Shown one piece after another: positions 27,179 to 41,571 of a DNA stretch of 64,000 nt (the stretch's first letter is position 1; every line of letters begins with the position of its first letter). The stretch is from Octopus vulgaris. Its lineage: Eukaryota. The notes below the pieces were generated by a model that saw only the letters and a list, made by a program, of their open reading frames with translations, was not told where the DNA came from and searched no databases. The stretch covers positions 49,848,001 through 49,912,000 of the forward strand of contig OX597815.1 of assembly GCA_951406725.2 (NCBI GenBank), given 5' to 3'. Both the position numbers and the translations under genes were made by a program.

Positions 27179-29237
27179 ATAACATTTAAATATTGGATCA
27201 AAAATCACTTTGGATGGAAAAATTCAAAGCTAACCAGACAATATTGGTTCACATCCTGCAAGCAGCCTTTGATTTTTTTCCAGTGATTTTGAACCCAACA
27301 TTAAAATAACATTATTTATAGCTTTATTTACTTCAAGTTCCACCATTAAAACGATTTAATTGAGAAGTTTATTTAGAATGAAATTATCCAATTTGTCCTT
27401 CCATTTTCCAAAATAGTAATGTGTGATTTCAGAGAGATTTGGCAGCTTCTTTCAGCAGGTCAAATGACAGGGAAGTTCCCTTGTTGAGTTAGTTGTACTG
27501 GTATTGTCACTGCTTAGCTTCAGCTGAGTTCTCAAACGGTGTTCTAACCATGATGATGATATATTATTATTTAATTTTCTATTCATTAAACGTTTTGGCA
27601 GGAACTGAATATCAGCAGATTTTATCATTGTTAGGATTTTTGTGAATCTTGTTTCTGTGGAAGGAATATACATTCTAGTACCAGCTATAACAATAACAAA
27701 GACCGTTTCCTATGATATTCCAGCAGAATAGGTTAAAGTAAACAGTGTATTATTCTGAAAGACATGTAACAGTTGTTGTAGTACTTACAAAAATGTTTTT
27801 GTTCCGTAATGAAGAAAATAGGTTCCCATTGTAGAATATTCTTGATACCTGCAGAAGCTGAACCAACTATTTTGTTGACTGACTCACATAAATTCAAAAT
27901 CCCATAAGATATAGAAAATTCTTACTTTGGATTGAACCCAGTGAAGGAAAATGGTAGAAAACATTTGAAGAACTACAAACTCTGTTGACAATAACATTTC
28001 CTTCTCTTTGCCAATGGAATACCAAATATAATATTTACCAGAAATATGAGGAAGTACAACTTGGAATTACGAATAGTAAAGGCATGATGGTGCACAGGAA
28101 AATGAAAGGAGTACAAGCTGAGAAAGCATCTGGATGTCATTGACATTAGTAAGAGATACGACTGCTTTGAATAGTCATATAATGCTAACGGTTAACACAT
28201 GACAGGTAAGTGAAGTATGACTTTGGGGTAAGTTAAACTAGAACATAGTTACACTTCACAGCTGGAAGGATGGAGGCTAGAGTTAGAGGAAAATATGTTT
28301 GTGTAGAATCAGAATCAAGCCAATGTATGTTAGCATAGAAAAGCAGATTTTAATTAATGATGATAACAACAACGATGATAATGATGATGAGGATAATGCT
28401 GCTGATGTTGGTGGTAGTGACAAGGATGGCGATGATATCAATGATAATCCAGCAGAAATATGAAGTTGATTATCCTTCTGCTAAACAGTATATAAACTAA
28501 AATATTGTCATGTAAAAGATGTATAAAAAGAAGCCACATCATATACACAGTTGCATAACCATAATAGGTGTTGTTATATAAATGAAGTCAATTATTATTT
28601 AAATATATAATCGCTTTGAAATTGGTTTAATATTCCATATACTTAATTTTTACCTAGTAATTCAGAAACCAGAAAATTGTTTGAAAATCCCCCCTCCACC
28701 TTTTTAAAAAATTTTTTCATTAGCTTCTTTGCAACACAGCTAATTAATAATTGGTAAGAAGTCATTTTCTCTTTGTGTACATAAGCGTACATGTACGTGT
28801 GTATAAGTATGTAAGCATGTATGTATGTGTGTGTGAGAGAGAATGTGTGTGTGTCTGCACACTCATGCGTGTGTGATGTTATGTAGGTTTATCTCAACAT
28901 GCAGATATTGGCAAAAAGGCATAAATTCTTAGAATTCTTTTGAAATTTCAATGTTGATGAACACTTAAAAGGGACAGTGTTATATGCTGATAAGAAGGAC
29001 ATTAAATACAATGCCATCATCTGTATGATTAATAATTATGAAATAAAAAGAAACAGCTGATTGTCATACACTTAAATTGTGAAATGTCTCCCTCATCTTC
29101 TAGTAAAAATGTTCAATATTTGATAAAGTCAAGTTGAAAGGTAGGACTAGGTGAGAAGAACTTCTCTATGTTGTAGACTAAATTCTCTGTGTCTACCCTG
29201 ATACTAACCAACAATTAAAAGAATTTCTGCAAGAGAT

Positions 29238-29238
29238 G

Positions 29239-29333
<95 letters not shown>

Positions 29334-29344
29334 TATTACTATTA
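29238..29344. repeat. (ATT)n-(ATC)n microsatellite
   Basis: Seen directly. Confidence 0.95.
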
Positions 29345-29589
29345 TACTTTACAGATGTTTTGTGATCGAAGACCATCATTCATGACTTTTATTACTACCT
29401 TGTACTGTTTAACAGAGAATTCTATCAAACAAATTTACTTTATAATGTATCAAAATATGTTGTCCTGAAACAGATTATTCAATGCAGTAACTTCACAATT
29501 GACATTTTAGGATTTTGATAGTTTAGATTCAAAGACATGTTAAGAAATTCCAATCATCTAAATCAACATCATTTTAACAATTATTTTTC

Positions 29590-30000
29590 CATTCCACCAT
29601 ACGACCGGATGAGTCTGCATTACAACATCACTTCATGCATCTCAATCCTGTGGTGTTTTATCTACGAGGCATATTATTCTCAAGCTTGATTTAATTGCAT
29701 CATCTCAGGTTGACCTCTAGCTATGGATATCTTTCATCACTAAGTCACAACCCTTTTTCACTATGATGTAATATCCACACATATAAGCTGTCTGTTTCTT
29801 AAATAAATCAACCAGTCGTTTGGATGCTTAGTTGATTTCTCAAATCACTACCAGTCAATATTTCTCACAAGATTATAAAGAATATCCAGTGGACCATATT
29901 TAACGAATTCCATTTCAATTACCACACATATTTCACATTTAATGCTCATATTTCACAACAGTATATACATGCATATTTTAATATGGTGTACACATAAAGA
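29590..30000 (-). pseudogene. Highly decayed RTE LINE RT C-terminal relic
   Basis: Minus-strand pieces CCEI*ALNV..LKWNSLNMVHW and VKKGCDLVMK..T*DDAIKSSL echo RTE motifs GSETWAL..LERNE..MLRW and TWDEVVKxDL. Confidence 0.4.
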
Positions 30001-30196
30001 CACTGTTGTGAATAATGATAGGAGTTTCACCACATTTCTACTATCATCAACAAGTCACAAACTCTGTAATACGATTGTATTTGTATAACTGCTGCACTTT
30101 CTGTATATTTATGAAGTTTTCCAAAAATACCTTTACCTTTTGCATTCTCATTGCATAAACTAATTATGCAGCATTGAGTTAGCTCCTTTATGTTTG

Positions 30197-30862
30197 ACTA
30201 GTGACCAGGACCATTGGAAATATGCTGTGCTTGAGAAGACTCGGCAAGCCCAAGTGAGACCATAACCTTGTGGCCTATGCCAGGGGTGTAACCAGTCCAC
30301 TTATGTGTACCTTTCCTTCATTGGACACTAAACTCTGCTTGTGAAGACCTGTTAAGGCAAGAGAAATCGAAATCAAAATCAAATTCAATGACTGGCATCC
30401 ATGCTAGTGGAGCACTAAGAGTACCATACAAGTGTGATCGTTGCCAGAGCAACAAACTGGCCAACGTGCTAGTAGCACGTAAAAAGCACCATTCAAGCAT
30501 GATCGTTACCTGCGTTACCTTACTGGCACTTATGCTGGTGGCACGTGAAAAAACATTTGAGCGAGGTTGTTGCCAGTGCCACTGGACTGGCTCCTGTGCA
30601 GGTGGCACATATAAAGCACCATTTGAGCATGGCCATTGCCAGTACCGCCTGACTGGCCTTTGTGCCGGTGCCACATAAAAGCACCCACTACATTCTTGGA
30701 GTGGTTGGCATTAGGAAGGGCATCCAGCTATAGAAACTCTGCCAGATCTGATTGGAGTTTGGTGCAGCCATCTGGTTCACCATTCTTCAGTCAAATCGTC
30801 CAACCCATGCTAGCATGGAATGTGGACGTTAAACGATGATGATGGTGATGATGATGATGATG
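30197..30862 (+). mobile_element. RTE-clade LINE 3' end (ORF tail, internally repeated 3' UTR, (GAT)n tail); family C
   Basis: TSDQDHWKYAVLEKTRQ resembles the DRxxWR RTE C-terminus; repeated gcacgtaaaaagcaccatt units; ends ggacgttaaacgatgatgat. Confidence 0.75.
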
Positions 30863-31151
30863 TTGCTCACTACTGTACGTTCACAGCTTGATTGCAAACT
30901 GGGAAAAATTTGCTTCTTGGAACTATTGACCTTTTGTGGCTTTTCATACAATTGAGTCCATCATCTAGATTATATTGAGCTTTAGATCTTTTGAAAGAAA
31001 TCCAGTTTGCAAGTGTTTGCAAATGTTGACATGTTCCTGCAGAATGTTCTAATGTAATCAAGTGATTAACAGAAAGACCTAATAATGTTCATAATAATGC
31101 TCTGTTATCTTCACTGTCAACATCTCTAAAGAGATGAAACCAGTCCCAAAC

Positions 31152-31391
31152 TATCCTTTTTATCTTTTTACTAGTTACAGTCATTAGACTGTGGCCATGC
31201 TGGGGCTCCACCTTGAAGAATTTTTAGTCTAATGGATTAACCCCAGTGCTTAAATTTTTTAAAGCCTAGTACTTATTCTATCAGTCTCTTTTGTCAAACT
31301 GCTAAGTTATGGGGACATAAACACACCAACACCAGTTGTCAAGTGGTGGATGGGGGACAAACACAGACACAAACACGCACATGCACGCACG

Positions 31392-31429
<38 letters not shown>

Positions 31430-31592
31430 TGCATGTGTATAACAGGCTTCTTTCAGTTTTTGCCTACCAAATCCACTCACAAAGATTTGGTTAGCTCAAG
31501 GCTATGGTAGAAGACACTTATCTAAGGTGCCATGCAATGGAACAGAACCTAGAACAATGTGGTTGAGAAGCAAACTTCTTACCATACTGCCA
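31152..31592 (-). mobile_element. SINE family A
   Basis: Family A match including the head. Confidence 0.88.
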
Positions 31593-31875
31593 TAGAAAGA
31601 CAGAATGGACTAAACAGAACAAGAGGAGACATGCAGGATGGAGGATCACTGAAGAGGTCACAGGATGTGTGACAAAAGATTTCAGACAAAGGTCACTAAA
31701 ATAAGAACAATAATAAAAGCTGAAGTAAAGAATGAATATATAGTGTATATGTTTATTTGGCAAAAAGAAGAAATGACCATCCTCAAATGTATCAATATCT
31801 GTTTCAACACATAAGTTCACATCAGGAATCCTGCAAAGTAAATACATAAATGTGTGTGTGTGTGTGTGTGTGTGT

Positions 31876-32450
31876 GTATCATCATCATCATTTAATATCC
31901 ACTTTCCAGATAGTTTGACTGGAACTGGTAAGCCAGAAAGCTGTACCACAAGGCGGCTAGATAGCAGAAACGTTTAGCATGCCGGGCGAAATGCTTAGCG
32001 GTATTTCGTCTGCCGCTACGTTCTGAGTTCAAATTCCATTGAGGTCGACTTTGCCTTTCATCCTTTCGGGGTCGATTAAATAAGTACCAGTTATGCACTG
32101 GGATCGATATAATCGACTTAATCCATTTGTCTGTCCTTGTTTGTCCCCTCTATGTTTAGTCCCTTGTGGGCAATAAAGAAATAAGAAAACTGTACCACAT
32201 CCCAGTCTGATTTGGCATGGTTTCTAAGGCTGGATGCCCTTCCTAACCTCAACCACTCCAAGAGTGTAATAGGTGCTTTTTGCAGGCCATTGGCATGGGT
32301 GCTACTTACAGGACACTGGCAACAGCCATGGCTACAGTTTCACTTGACTTGACGGGTCTTCTCAAGCACAGCATATTGCCAATGGTCTCAGTCACTTGTC
32401 ATCGCTTCCATGAAGTCCAACATTCAAAGACCATGCTACCAGCAACAGCC
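31876..32450. mobile_element. Family C RTE 3' end (-) with SINE family B (+, 31951-32183) inserted, 16-bp TSD
   Basis: AGAAAGCTGTACCACA (31935-31950) and AGAAAACTGTACCACA (32184-32199) flank the B copy. Confidence 0.85.
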
Positions 32451-32987
32451 ACGAATATAATTTTACAGGTGCTATTAATATGTCACTAGCAATATATATG
32501 TGTATACATATGTGTATATGTGAGTGCGTGTTTATTTGTCTTCTTGTCTTGTATGATTGACGGAAGTAAACAACATTCATTGGCAATATTTTCCAAAAAC
32601 ATGTCTGGCCATGGGGAAATATTATCCTGCATAGAAAAAGGTGAGGGCTGGTGACAAAAAGGACATCCAGCTGCAGAACATCTTCATGAAATTTCATTTG
32701 TCCGGTGAAAGCATGGAAAAGTAAACATTAAAAAAAAGATGAAAAGTAGAATGATGAATCACTGTGTCAAGACAGTCTGATAGGCTTCAGGACTGTTTTT
32801 GTTTCTATCAACCCATTTTCACTCGCCAGGCTCAGGTAACACTTAAGCTACTGTGAAAGACATTTGGTCAAGATGTCAGTCAGTCAGACTAAACATGGGA
32901 CTTTAAAATTGCATAGCAAAAGTTTTTAACCATTCATCCATGCTGTGTAGAGTTATCTCTAAGTTTTAACTGAATCAATTTTAAAGT

Positions 32988-33200
32988 TGTGAAGACATGT
33001 GGTTTAGTGGTTAGGTGTTGGACTCATGATCGTAAGATTGTTGTTTCAATTCCTGGACCAGGTGATGCATTGCATTTTTGAGTAAAGCACTTCATTTCAT
33101 GTCTCTCCAATCCATTTAGCTGGTAAAAATGAGTAAACCTGCAATAGACTGGCTTCCTATCCAGTGGGGAATATATATATATGCCTCTGAAACCAGGAAA
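32988..33200 (+). mobile_element. Family D tRNA-SINE
   Basis: A box TGGTTTAGTGG, B-box-like GTTTCAATTCC, then cacttcatttca..ctccaatccatttagctggtaaaaatgagt. Confidence 0.75.
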
Positions 33201-33332
33201 TTATGTGTATATAAGATTAGGAAAGGAGCTTTATCCATTTTGTTTTATCCATTTTAAAGTTAGAGATAAAAGCTGCACCAGCAAGGACTGCAGCCAAAGC
33301 AAAAACCATGGCAATATTAACAGTAGGAAATT

Positions 33333-33530
33333 GGCGGTGAGCTGGCAGAGATGTTAGGTCAGGCAAAATGCTTGGTGGTATTTCATCCATATTTACGTTC
33401 TGAGTTCAAATTCTGCCAAGGTTGATTTTGCTTTTCATCCCATTCGGGATCGATAAAATATGTACCAGTTGAATACTAGGGTTGATGTTATTGACTTACT
33501 CTTCTGAACTTGCTGGCCTTGTGTCAAAAC
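33333..33530 (+). mobile_element. SINE family B
   Basis: ggcggtgagctggcaga head through gctggccttgtgtcaaa tail. Confidence 0.88.
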
Positions 33531-34382
33531 ACGAAAACAATATTTAGCAGTAGCAAACACCACAACAACAACAACATCATCCCTATTTGTCACACGAGAC
33601 GCAATACCAGCATTGTCAGTATCTGTAACACCACTAGCAACAACAGCACCACCACCACCAACATCAACAACAGCAACAATAGTGTTGCAGAAATATGAAA
33701 ATAAAAGTGAATAATAAAACAAAAGCAAATGATAAACAAAAGCAACACAAGCATCCTAAACCTAAAATATCATCAACAAGATGAAGCAGAAAACTTGTTA
33801 GCAAGAGAGGGGACAGAATAGTGAGCCTGAAATGCCAGGTGTCGCCAGTGTGGCTGTCCTGATAAATGTCCCCATCCTAGTGATGACCACAACATTGAAT
33901 ATAGAGTTAAATATTTAAAGAGATTATCTGTTCAAGTGTTAATTGGAAGTAATGAATAATTAATTTGACAATAGCTAACATCTGAGGTTTGATTTGTGTG
34001 TGTGTGCGTATGTGTGTGTGTGTATGTGTGCATGTGTGTGTGTGTATGTGTGTGTGTGCATGTGTGTGTGTGCGTATGTGTGTGTGTGTGTGTGTCGATG
34101 CATGTGGTCGCATCATGTGCGAGCGTATATGTTTATTTGTATGTATATGTGTGTATGCATCAATTTCTGTTTGTATTTTTGTTTCCACACAGAAATAGCA
34201 TATGAATACTGCGGTATTTGTGTATATGTACATGTGGATATATGAATGCATGTGTGTGTGTGTGTGTGTATAGGATATGTGAATATATGGGGTGTGTTTG
34301 TATGCATATGAGGTTTATATAACATATTATTAGTTGCATGCACACCTATCAACATTACTGTGTATGTATTTATAAGTAAATA

Positions 34383-34466
<84 letters not shown>

Positions 34467-35057
34467 GAATTATGTTTATGTAAAGTGCATAGATGTAGCT
34501 AGAAATGTATAGAATGTGTTTTGTAAGCCCATGTATACTCATGAGAGAGAGAGAGAGAGAGAAAGGGGAGAAAAAGAGAGAGAGAGAACTGTATGTGTGT
34601 GTGAATTATCTCTTTCTTGTGCATCTCATTCATTCTACAAAATAAGAATCAGATTTAAACAAAGAGTACAAGATACTTTTGTTGATAGATAATAATAACT
34701 TCAGTTATTTTCATGAATGTATAAATATATATTATGTGGGTACATATTTATATATTACACACACACACACACATAATATATACATATACTTATACATATA
34801 TATATATATGTATGTATAAATATATGTATGTATACACACACACACACATAGTATATTATATAGATGTGTGTATATGTGCATGTATTTGTGTCAGTATTCT
34901 TGTTTGTGTCTTGCAAAAGCAAGCACTTCAACAAACAGAGATTGATAAAAAAAAAACAAGAGACTTAAAAATAAGTGCTGAGGGCAATATAATCAACAAA
35001 AACTATGAAGAGGTTGCTCCAAGCATGGCTGTAGTTTGATGACTAGAATCAGAAAAG

Positions 35058-35090
<33 letters not shown>

Positions 35091-35099
35091 CCAGGCAGT

Positions 35100-35567
35100 C
35101 AGTCAGTCAGTTCCTGGGCTAGTTCTGTATTGTGCAATCAAACAGCAGCACATGATTGCATGTACTGTGAGAGCTAGCAGTGATCTTTATGAGGCAGTGT
35201 GCCATGTGACATTGCTGTGTTTACTTCACAACTCGTTTAATTTGTGTTTTTGTGATCATGTGTAAGCTGTAGTTTGCAATTTTGTCATGGACAGGAATAA
35301 AAAGCCAATGTGAAATTTTGCATTAAACTTGAGAAGTCTGCAACAAAAACATTCAGCATACTTCGGCAAATTTACAGTGATGAGGCAATGGGTTGTACAC
35401 ATTGTTTCAAGTGGTATGGGTGCTTCAATAGTGTAAGAATGTCCCTGCCAAAAACAACATGGTATCACATTTGCACCCACCCAATTCACCAGATTTAGTA
35501 CCTGTGAATTTCCATCTCTTCTCCAAGATGAAAATTTATCTCAAAGGTCACTGTTTAATACTGTTGT
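35100..35567 (+). pseudogene. Internally deleted mariner transposase relic
   Basis: N-terminal ANVKFCIKLEKSATKTFSILRQIYSDEAM..CFKW fused directly to C-terminal HPPNSPDLVPVNFHLFSKMK..LKG (mariner HPPYSPDLAPxDFxLF motif). Confidence 0.85.
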
Positions 35568-35581
35568 CTCAAAGAATATAT

Positions 35582-36112
35582 TCTATCTTTTATTTGTTTC
35601 AGTCATTAGACCATAGCCATTCTGGGGTACTGCCTTGAAGAATTTTTAGTTGAATGAATTAACCTCAGTCCCTTTTTTTACTGTTTTTAAGCCAAATCAC
35701 TAAGTTACAGGGACATAAACACACCAACACCAGTTTTCAAACAGTAGTGGAGAACAAACATAGGCATAAAGACACTCACACACACACACATGTATATACT
35801 CTTTTTTCAAAGCTGCAAATTTTGCTGCTTTAATAAAAGCCTATTTACTCTACCTTTGGTATTCGAGTACTATTTTCCACCTTGTTTTGCATTTATGTGC
35901 TTGCTTGTCTGAGTGTATTCACACACACACACACGATGAGCTTCTTTAAGTTCCCATCTACCAAATCCCATCACAAGGCTTTGAATGACCCAAGGCTACT
36001 GTGGAAAACATTTGCTCAAGGTGCCACACAGTGGGACTGAACCTGGAAACATGGTAAGAAGCAAGCTGTGTGACAAGAAGTGAGCTTCTTGCTACACACC
36101 CATGCTTGCACC
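35582..36112 (-). mobile_element. SINE family A with a ~110-bp insert (35808-35918) in its microsatellite
   Basis: Family A halves flank an unrelated segment, possibly a PLE tail fragment. Confidence 0.8.
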
Positions 36113-36462
36113 TATCTCTATATATTCTTTTTGTATATTCTTTGTATATAATCATCACAAACTGTATTCAGATTTGGCATAGAGGAAAGCAGGCAATAAA
36201 AGTAGGCATGTGCATAGCTGCATGGCTAAGAAAGAAATTCTCTTTGCTACCACATAGCCTCAGATTCAGCTCCACTTAGGAACTTGGGTGTCTCTCACTA
36301 CAGGATCAAGTCAACTAAAACCTTGAATGAAAAATTTTGTACATGGGAACTGTAAAGAAAATGTACCAAGAGAGGGTGGGGCAGTGAGAAAGAATGAGAG
36401 AAGTGGATGGATGAATGGACAGATGAATGAATAGATGGATAGACAGAGGGATGGATCAGTGG

Positions 36463-36628
36463 ATGGATTTGGTAAATGGAAACTGAAAGAAGCTTCTTAA
36501 CCACATGGTTCTGGGTTCAGTCCCACTGCATGACACCTTGGGCTGGTGTCTTCTACTATAACCCCAGGCTGACCAAAGACTTGTGAGTGGATTTGTTAGA
36601 TGAAAATTGAAAGAAGCCTGTCATATAT

Positions 36629-36676
<48 letters not shown>

Positions 36677-36900
36677 ATGTATATATTTATGTGTATGTGT
36701 CTTTGTATTTGTGTTTGTAACTCCCACCATCACTTGACAACCATTGCTGGTATGTTTATGTCCCTGTAACTTAGCAGTTCAGCAAAACAGACTGATAGAA
36801 TAAGTACTAGTATTACAAAGAATGAGTTTTGGGACCGATTTGTTTGAGGTGGTGCTCCAGCATGCCCACAGTCAAACGACTGAAACAAGTAAAAGAATAA
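36463..36900 (+). mobile_element. SINE family A
   Basis: aaccacatggttctgggttcagtcccactg..gactgaaacaagtaaaagaataa. Confidence 0.88.
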
Positions 36901-37353
36901 AAAAAATATGTCGTTGCTATTACTGTTATTGTTTAATCCACATTCAGCCTAGACAAACAAAACTTAAGAACAAAAGCATTCTTCCTGTAGTTAGTCTGCT
37001 TTTCTCTCAAGCTATGAATTTATCCAATGTGTCCTATTTTTAAGACAGTAGAGCAAGATTTTGAAGGATATTTAGCAGCTATTACTAGCAGATCAAAGAT
37101 CCTCCCTTTTTTGCTTATTTTTGTTTTAGTATGCAAATATATTCAAACTAGTTTGCTAAAATCACAAATTTTCAGCTGCTGTACCATTTGGCCATCATCA
37201 GGTGTTTTTCATATTCATCAACCATGGCCCAAATGAAAGCTGAACCATTCAATAAAGTTCTGCAATTTTAAACTGAAATCTTTGTTAAATCCATGGCAGT
37301 AGAATTGCTGCCCTATTAGAGATATGGCAAAGTCAAAAGACTGCAACATGATG

Positions 37354-38263
37354 GGATCTTTGTGGTTTTTGTCCCTGTTTCATTGCTGAATCCAAATTTG
37401 TTATTCATTTATTCCAGAAAAGTTTTGCCAAAATGTTATAGGTGCTCAAAGCTTGATAATTTTCAGAGTTTTCAGCCAATCAAAAAGCAGAGCATTTGCT
37501 GCCTCTTCCATCATCAGGGCAGCGGGGGTGGGGCATTGGCATGTCGAAACATTAAACTAGCTATGCAAGCAAATTAAATATTCAAAAGCTATGAACGAAC
37601 AAACCAACAGAGGTTGCTAGAAATAACAGTTAAAACATTAAAATGTACATAAGCAAGGTTAATATTAACACATTTGCAAGCAAATTAAATATTTAAAAGC
37701 TACGAACAAGCCAACAGGAGTTGCTAGAAATAACAGTCAAAACAGACATTTATTACTTTAAAAAAATCAAGAACAAAAATTTGCAATACACTCAAGTATT
37801 TTATAAAATAAATTATCTTTCTCATATCTCCTTCTCCACATAAATTCACAAATATAAGAGTCAACCATGCCCAAGTACTTTCAATTTGTTGAATGTGAGT
37901 CCCATCTGTTATGAAAACAAACAATTTTAGAACAAGTGGTGACTACACTCCTTGTGTGCATGCACAGCATCTTTGGTTACTATGGAAACAGAGTTCTTCA
38001 CAATCAACTATGGAACACAGTGCTTCTTTGGTTTGACTGCTATAGAAGCAAACTTCTTCTCCATGGTGATATCTAAAATGCTCGCTTCTGATTGGCTAAA
38101 TTACCAAATTTTGCAAATTTTTAAGGGTAATAACTTTTTAATTATGGATCTATAGGAAAAATGAATTTCATTTTCATAATTAGTATACAAAATTTAATCT
38201 ATATACCAAATTTGAAAACAATTGGAACAAAATTGTAAACAATGACGAAAACCACAAAGATCT
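37354..38263 (-). mobile_element. Merlin (IS1595/ISXO2-like) DNA transposon, internally deleted
   Basis: TIRs GGATCTTTGTGGTTTT / AAAACCACAAAGATC; candidate 8-bp TSD ACATGATG / GCATGGTG; minus-strand GTHIQQIESTW and, in a shifted frame, VDSYICEFMWRRRY..ILECIA are Merlin-type C-terminal motifs. Confidence 0.8.
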
Positions 38264-38807
38264 GCATGGTGAATTGTAAAGAGACAGAAGAAGAGCTCAA
38301 CTGAACCAATGGTGCTTCTTACATTGACACTGAGTGGAGGAATCCTAGAAGCTCAATGGTGAGGATAACCAAGCTCTATCAAGGGAGTAACTGCAACACA
38401 TCCATAGGCATCCATTGTTGTGTAATCAGGTAATGAAAGATTCACTATGACACGAATTTCCAATTCAAATTCATAATAATGAAAGTGGATGGTTACAGAA
38501 GGTCATGGAATCCATGAAAGTAGTACAACTGAAGACAAAGATTGTTCTCAGTCCACAGTCCATCTCAGAATATTCTTTTTATTAACTATTCTAAATCTTG
38601 TGGTGTTGCTTACTCATTATGCTTGAACCAGAGTATACATAGTTTGACTAACCAAGGAGTTGAACTCATGACCACCAGCTAAACATTTAACACTTGAAAA
38701 TTATTCCTTCTATTCACCACTCTAGTACCTGGAGGGGCTTGAACATTCAGTAGCCAAAATATTGTCCCTATATCAATCAGGACGAGAACAATAACCCAAA
38801 TACACCA

Positions 38808-39030
38808 GGTTTCAAATTTGTTGCACAAGGCCAGGAATATTGAGGGAAGAGGGAGATAAGCCAATTACATCGACCCCAATACACAGCTGGTACTTATTTT
38901 ATCAACTTTGAAAGGGTGCAAGGTGAAAGTAAAGTTGGCCTCATTAATATTTAAACTCAGGACATAAAAATCCAGAAGAAATACCACTAAACATTACGTC
39001 CAGAGTTGCTAACAATTTGACCAGCTCACA
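38808..39030 (-). mobile_element. SINE family B
   Basis: acatcgacccca..ctggtacttattttatc..aactcag..gaaataccactaa. Confidence 0.8.
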
Positions 39031-39983
39031 AACTTATATCAGTGTCTAATAATGATAATTTTTCACCTCAAAAACTTAGACAAACTTTATTTCAGTTAGT
39101 ATTTCATTTGTTTGTTGTATTTTATTATTCATGTCTTCACTGATTTCAGCTGTTTTGAGATGAGCTAGTTTTGGTCTGTCATTGAATTCTTTTAAGCATT
39201 GAACTGGACATTAGAATTGGCAGAGTTACATGGCCCAAAAGAATATTGAAACATTAATGGTAACCATATCAGTTCCAGTAGTTTATAAACAACCATACTG
39301 TCAGAGTGTTCATATTGGACAGAGTATTTCTCTAGGCTTCATTGAGAACTAAAATGCAAAAGCAATGACGAAGAAGAAAGTTGAGGAAGCTGATAGAAGA
39401 AAGTTGAGAAGTAACAAGTAAAAAGAGATAAAAAAAATTGAAGCAGATCTAAGGGAATCAATAGAATAGGGATAAAGAAAAGAGGGGAGAAAGAAAAAGA
39501 CAAAGGATTCAAAGAAGATGGAGAAAGTAAATAAGGTGGATGTTTAGGAATAGCATAAAGAAAAGTAAGAATAACAATAATACTACCAATGTCACAATAT
39601 GTATCAGTATTTGTAGACAAAGCAATGGAGCAATAGTCAAGAAATAATTGGCTTCATATCAAAGAGGTGAGGGCATCGTCTAAAGAAGGACAGAAAGACA
39701 GAAGGAAAGTAAGAAGAGAATGGAAGAATGAGTAGAAGTATGGGATTGGAGGGAAAAAGTGAAGGAAATAAAGACGAAACAATGAAATAATAAGCAACAA
39801 AAAAAAAAAAAAGCAAACACACACAAAAGTAAAATGGAGAAAGCACATGAAGGAAATAGGAAGAAGTTAGAGAATGAGCGAGAATGACTGTGAGAATGAG
39901 AGAACAGAAAAAGAAAATGGAAAGATTACAGATTCAAATGTAAGGAGGAAATCGGTCTCTCTATCTCTCCATCTCTATACAAG

Positions 39984-40015
<32 letters not shown>

Positions 40016-40193
40016 GAATCACATATATATACGCATACACACAATATATGAAATACACACACACATATATATACATATATAAATACATATACATATACAT
40101 ATACACAATATATGAAATACACATATACATATATATATATATATATATATACATATACACAGTATATGAAATACACATATACATATATGTGTC

Positions 40194-40247
<54 letters not shown>

Positions 40248-41057
40248 AATTACGAAATACACATATATATATATATGTATATATATGTATATATAATGTA
40301 TATACACAATATACAAATACACATGGACATATATATATATACACACACACCTGCACACTCATATAGATGTATATGTATATGCATATATACACACTCACAC
40401 ATGCATATGCATGTGAATGATAGAGATAGAGAACAAAAGAGGGATAGAGAACAAAAGAGAACCATAGTGAAGGAAGGAAGAAAGAATACACACACATACA
40501 CACATACAGACACACGATATTCACACTGAGGAGTGTGGATAGGTAGGTGCTTGGAAAAGATAAAAAAAATACAACAAAAAGATAGCTGCCACCACCACCA
40601 CTGCCATCATCATCACCATCATCCACACTTGCCCTCGTGAAGAATTGCGAGGTGAAATTATGATTGCTATCTGAGAATATGTGTGTGTGTGTGTGAGTGT
40701 ATGCATGCATGTGTGTGTGTGTGTGAGTGTGTTTGTGTACAAGACCTATCTTGCTTTCACACAGTGCAAAAAGGAGACGGTTGCAGTATAGCTTTGATCT
40801 AAGGTGGAACTGTCAAGGCAGAAACAACATGTTGCTCATTTGGTCTCAAATTGCACGACGAAACAACAAACATTATTTCGTCTCCTCTTCCCGCAACTCC
40901 TCCTCCTTCTTTGTCTTCTTCTTCTTCTTCATCTTCTATTTCCGGCATCAGATGCTTTGCTGTTGTTATGTCGTTAAGCTGTTGTTGTTGTTGTTGTTTT
41001 TTTTCGCTTTGCTTGTTTATGAGTACATGTGTTAGTGTATGCATGTGTGCATCTGCA

Positions 41058-41100
<43 letters not shown>

Positions 41101-41245
41101 AAGAGCATTCTCTGTATATGTGTGTGTGTGTGTTTGGTGGCATGGCGTCTCGGTGGGTTGCTTCTTTCTGTCTGTGCAATGATATCCTCCTCCTTGTTGC
41201 TGTTACCATGAATAAATGGCAGGATGCGAAGATGAACCAGAGTAA

Positions 41246-41509
41246 ATGATGTATAGTGATGGCTACACTATGAGAATGGTGAGGATGGTGATGATGATGA
41301 TGAACATAGCGATGATGTCACACATTGCAATGGAGATAATGATGATGATGCTGATAACAATGTCACCACTGTTGCTGTATATTACAACATTATTATCGCT
41401 GCTGCTGCTGCTGATGATGTTGATGATGGCACACATTCCTGAGTTGAAAATGGTGATGATGATGAGGATGCTGACAACAATGTCACTGTTGTTATATATT
41501 ACAACACTA

Positions 41510-41571
<62 letters not shown>

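Noticed and set aside
30440-30690. Regularly spaced short repeats (gcacgtaaaaagcaccatt) resembling a CRISPR array
   Set aside because: Degenerate internal repeats of an RTE 3' UTR in eukaryotic DNA; spacers are related to each other and there are no cas genes.
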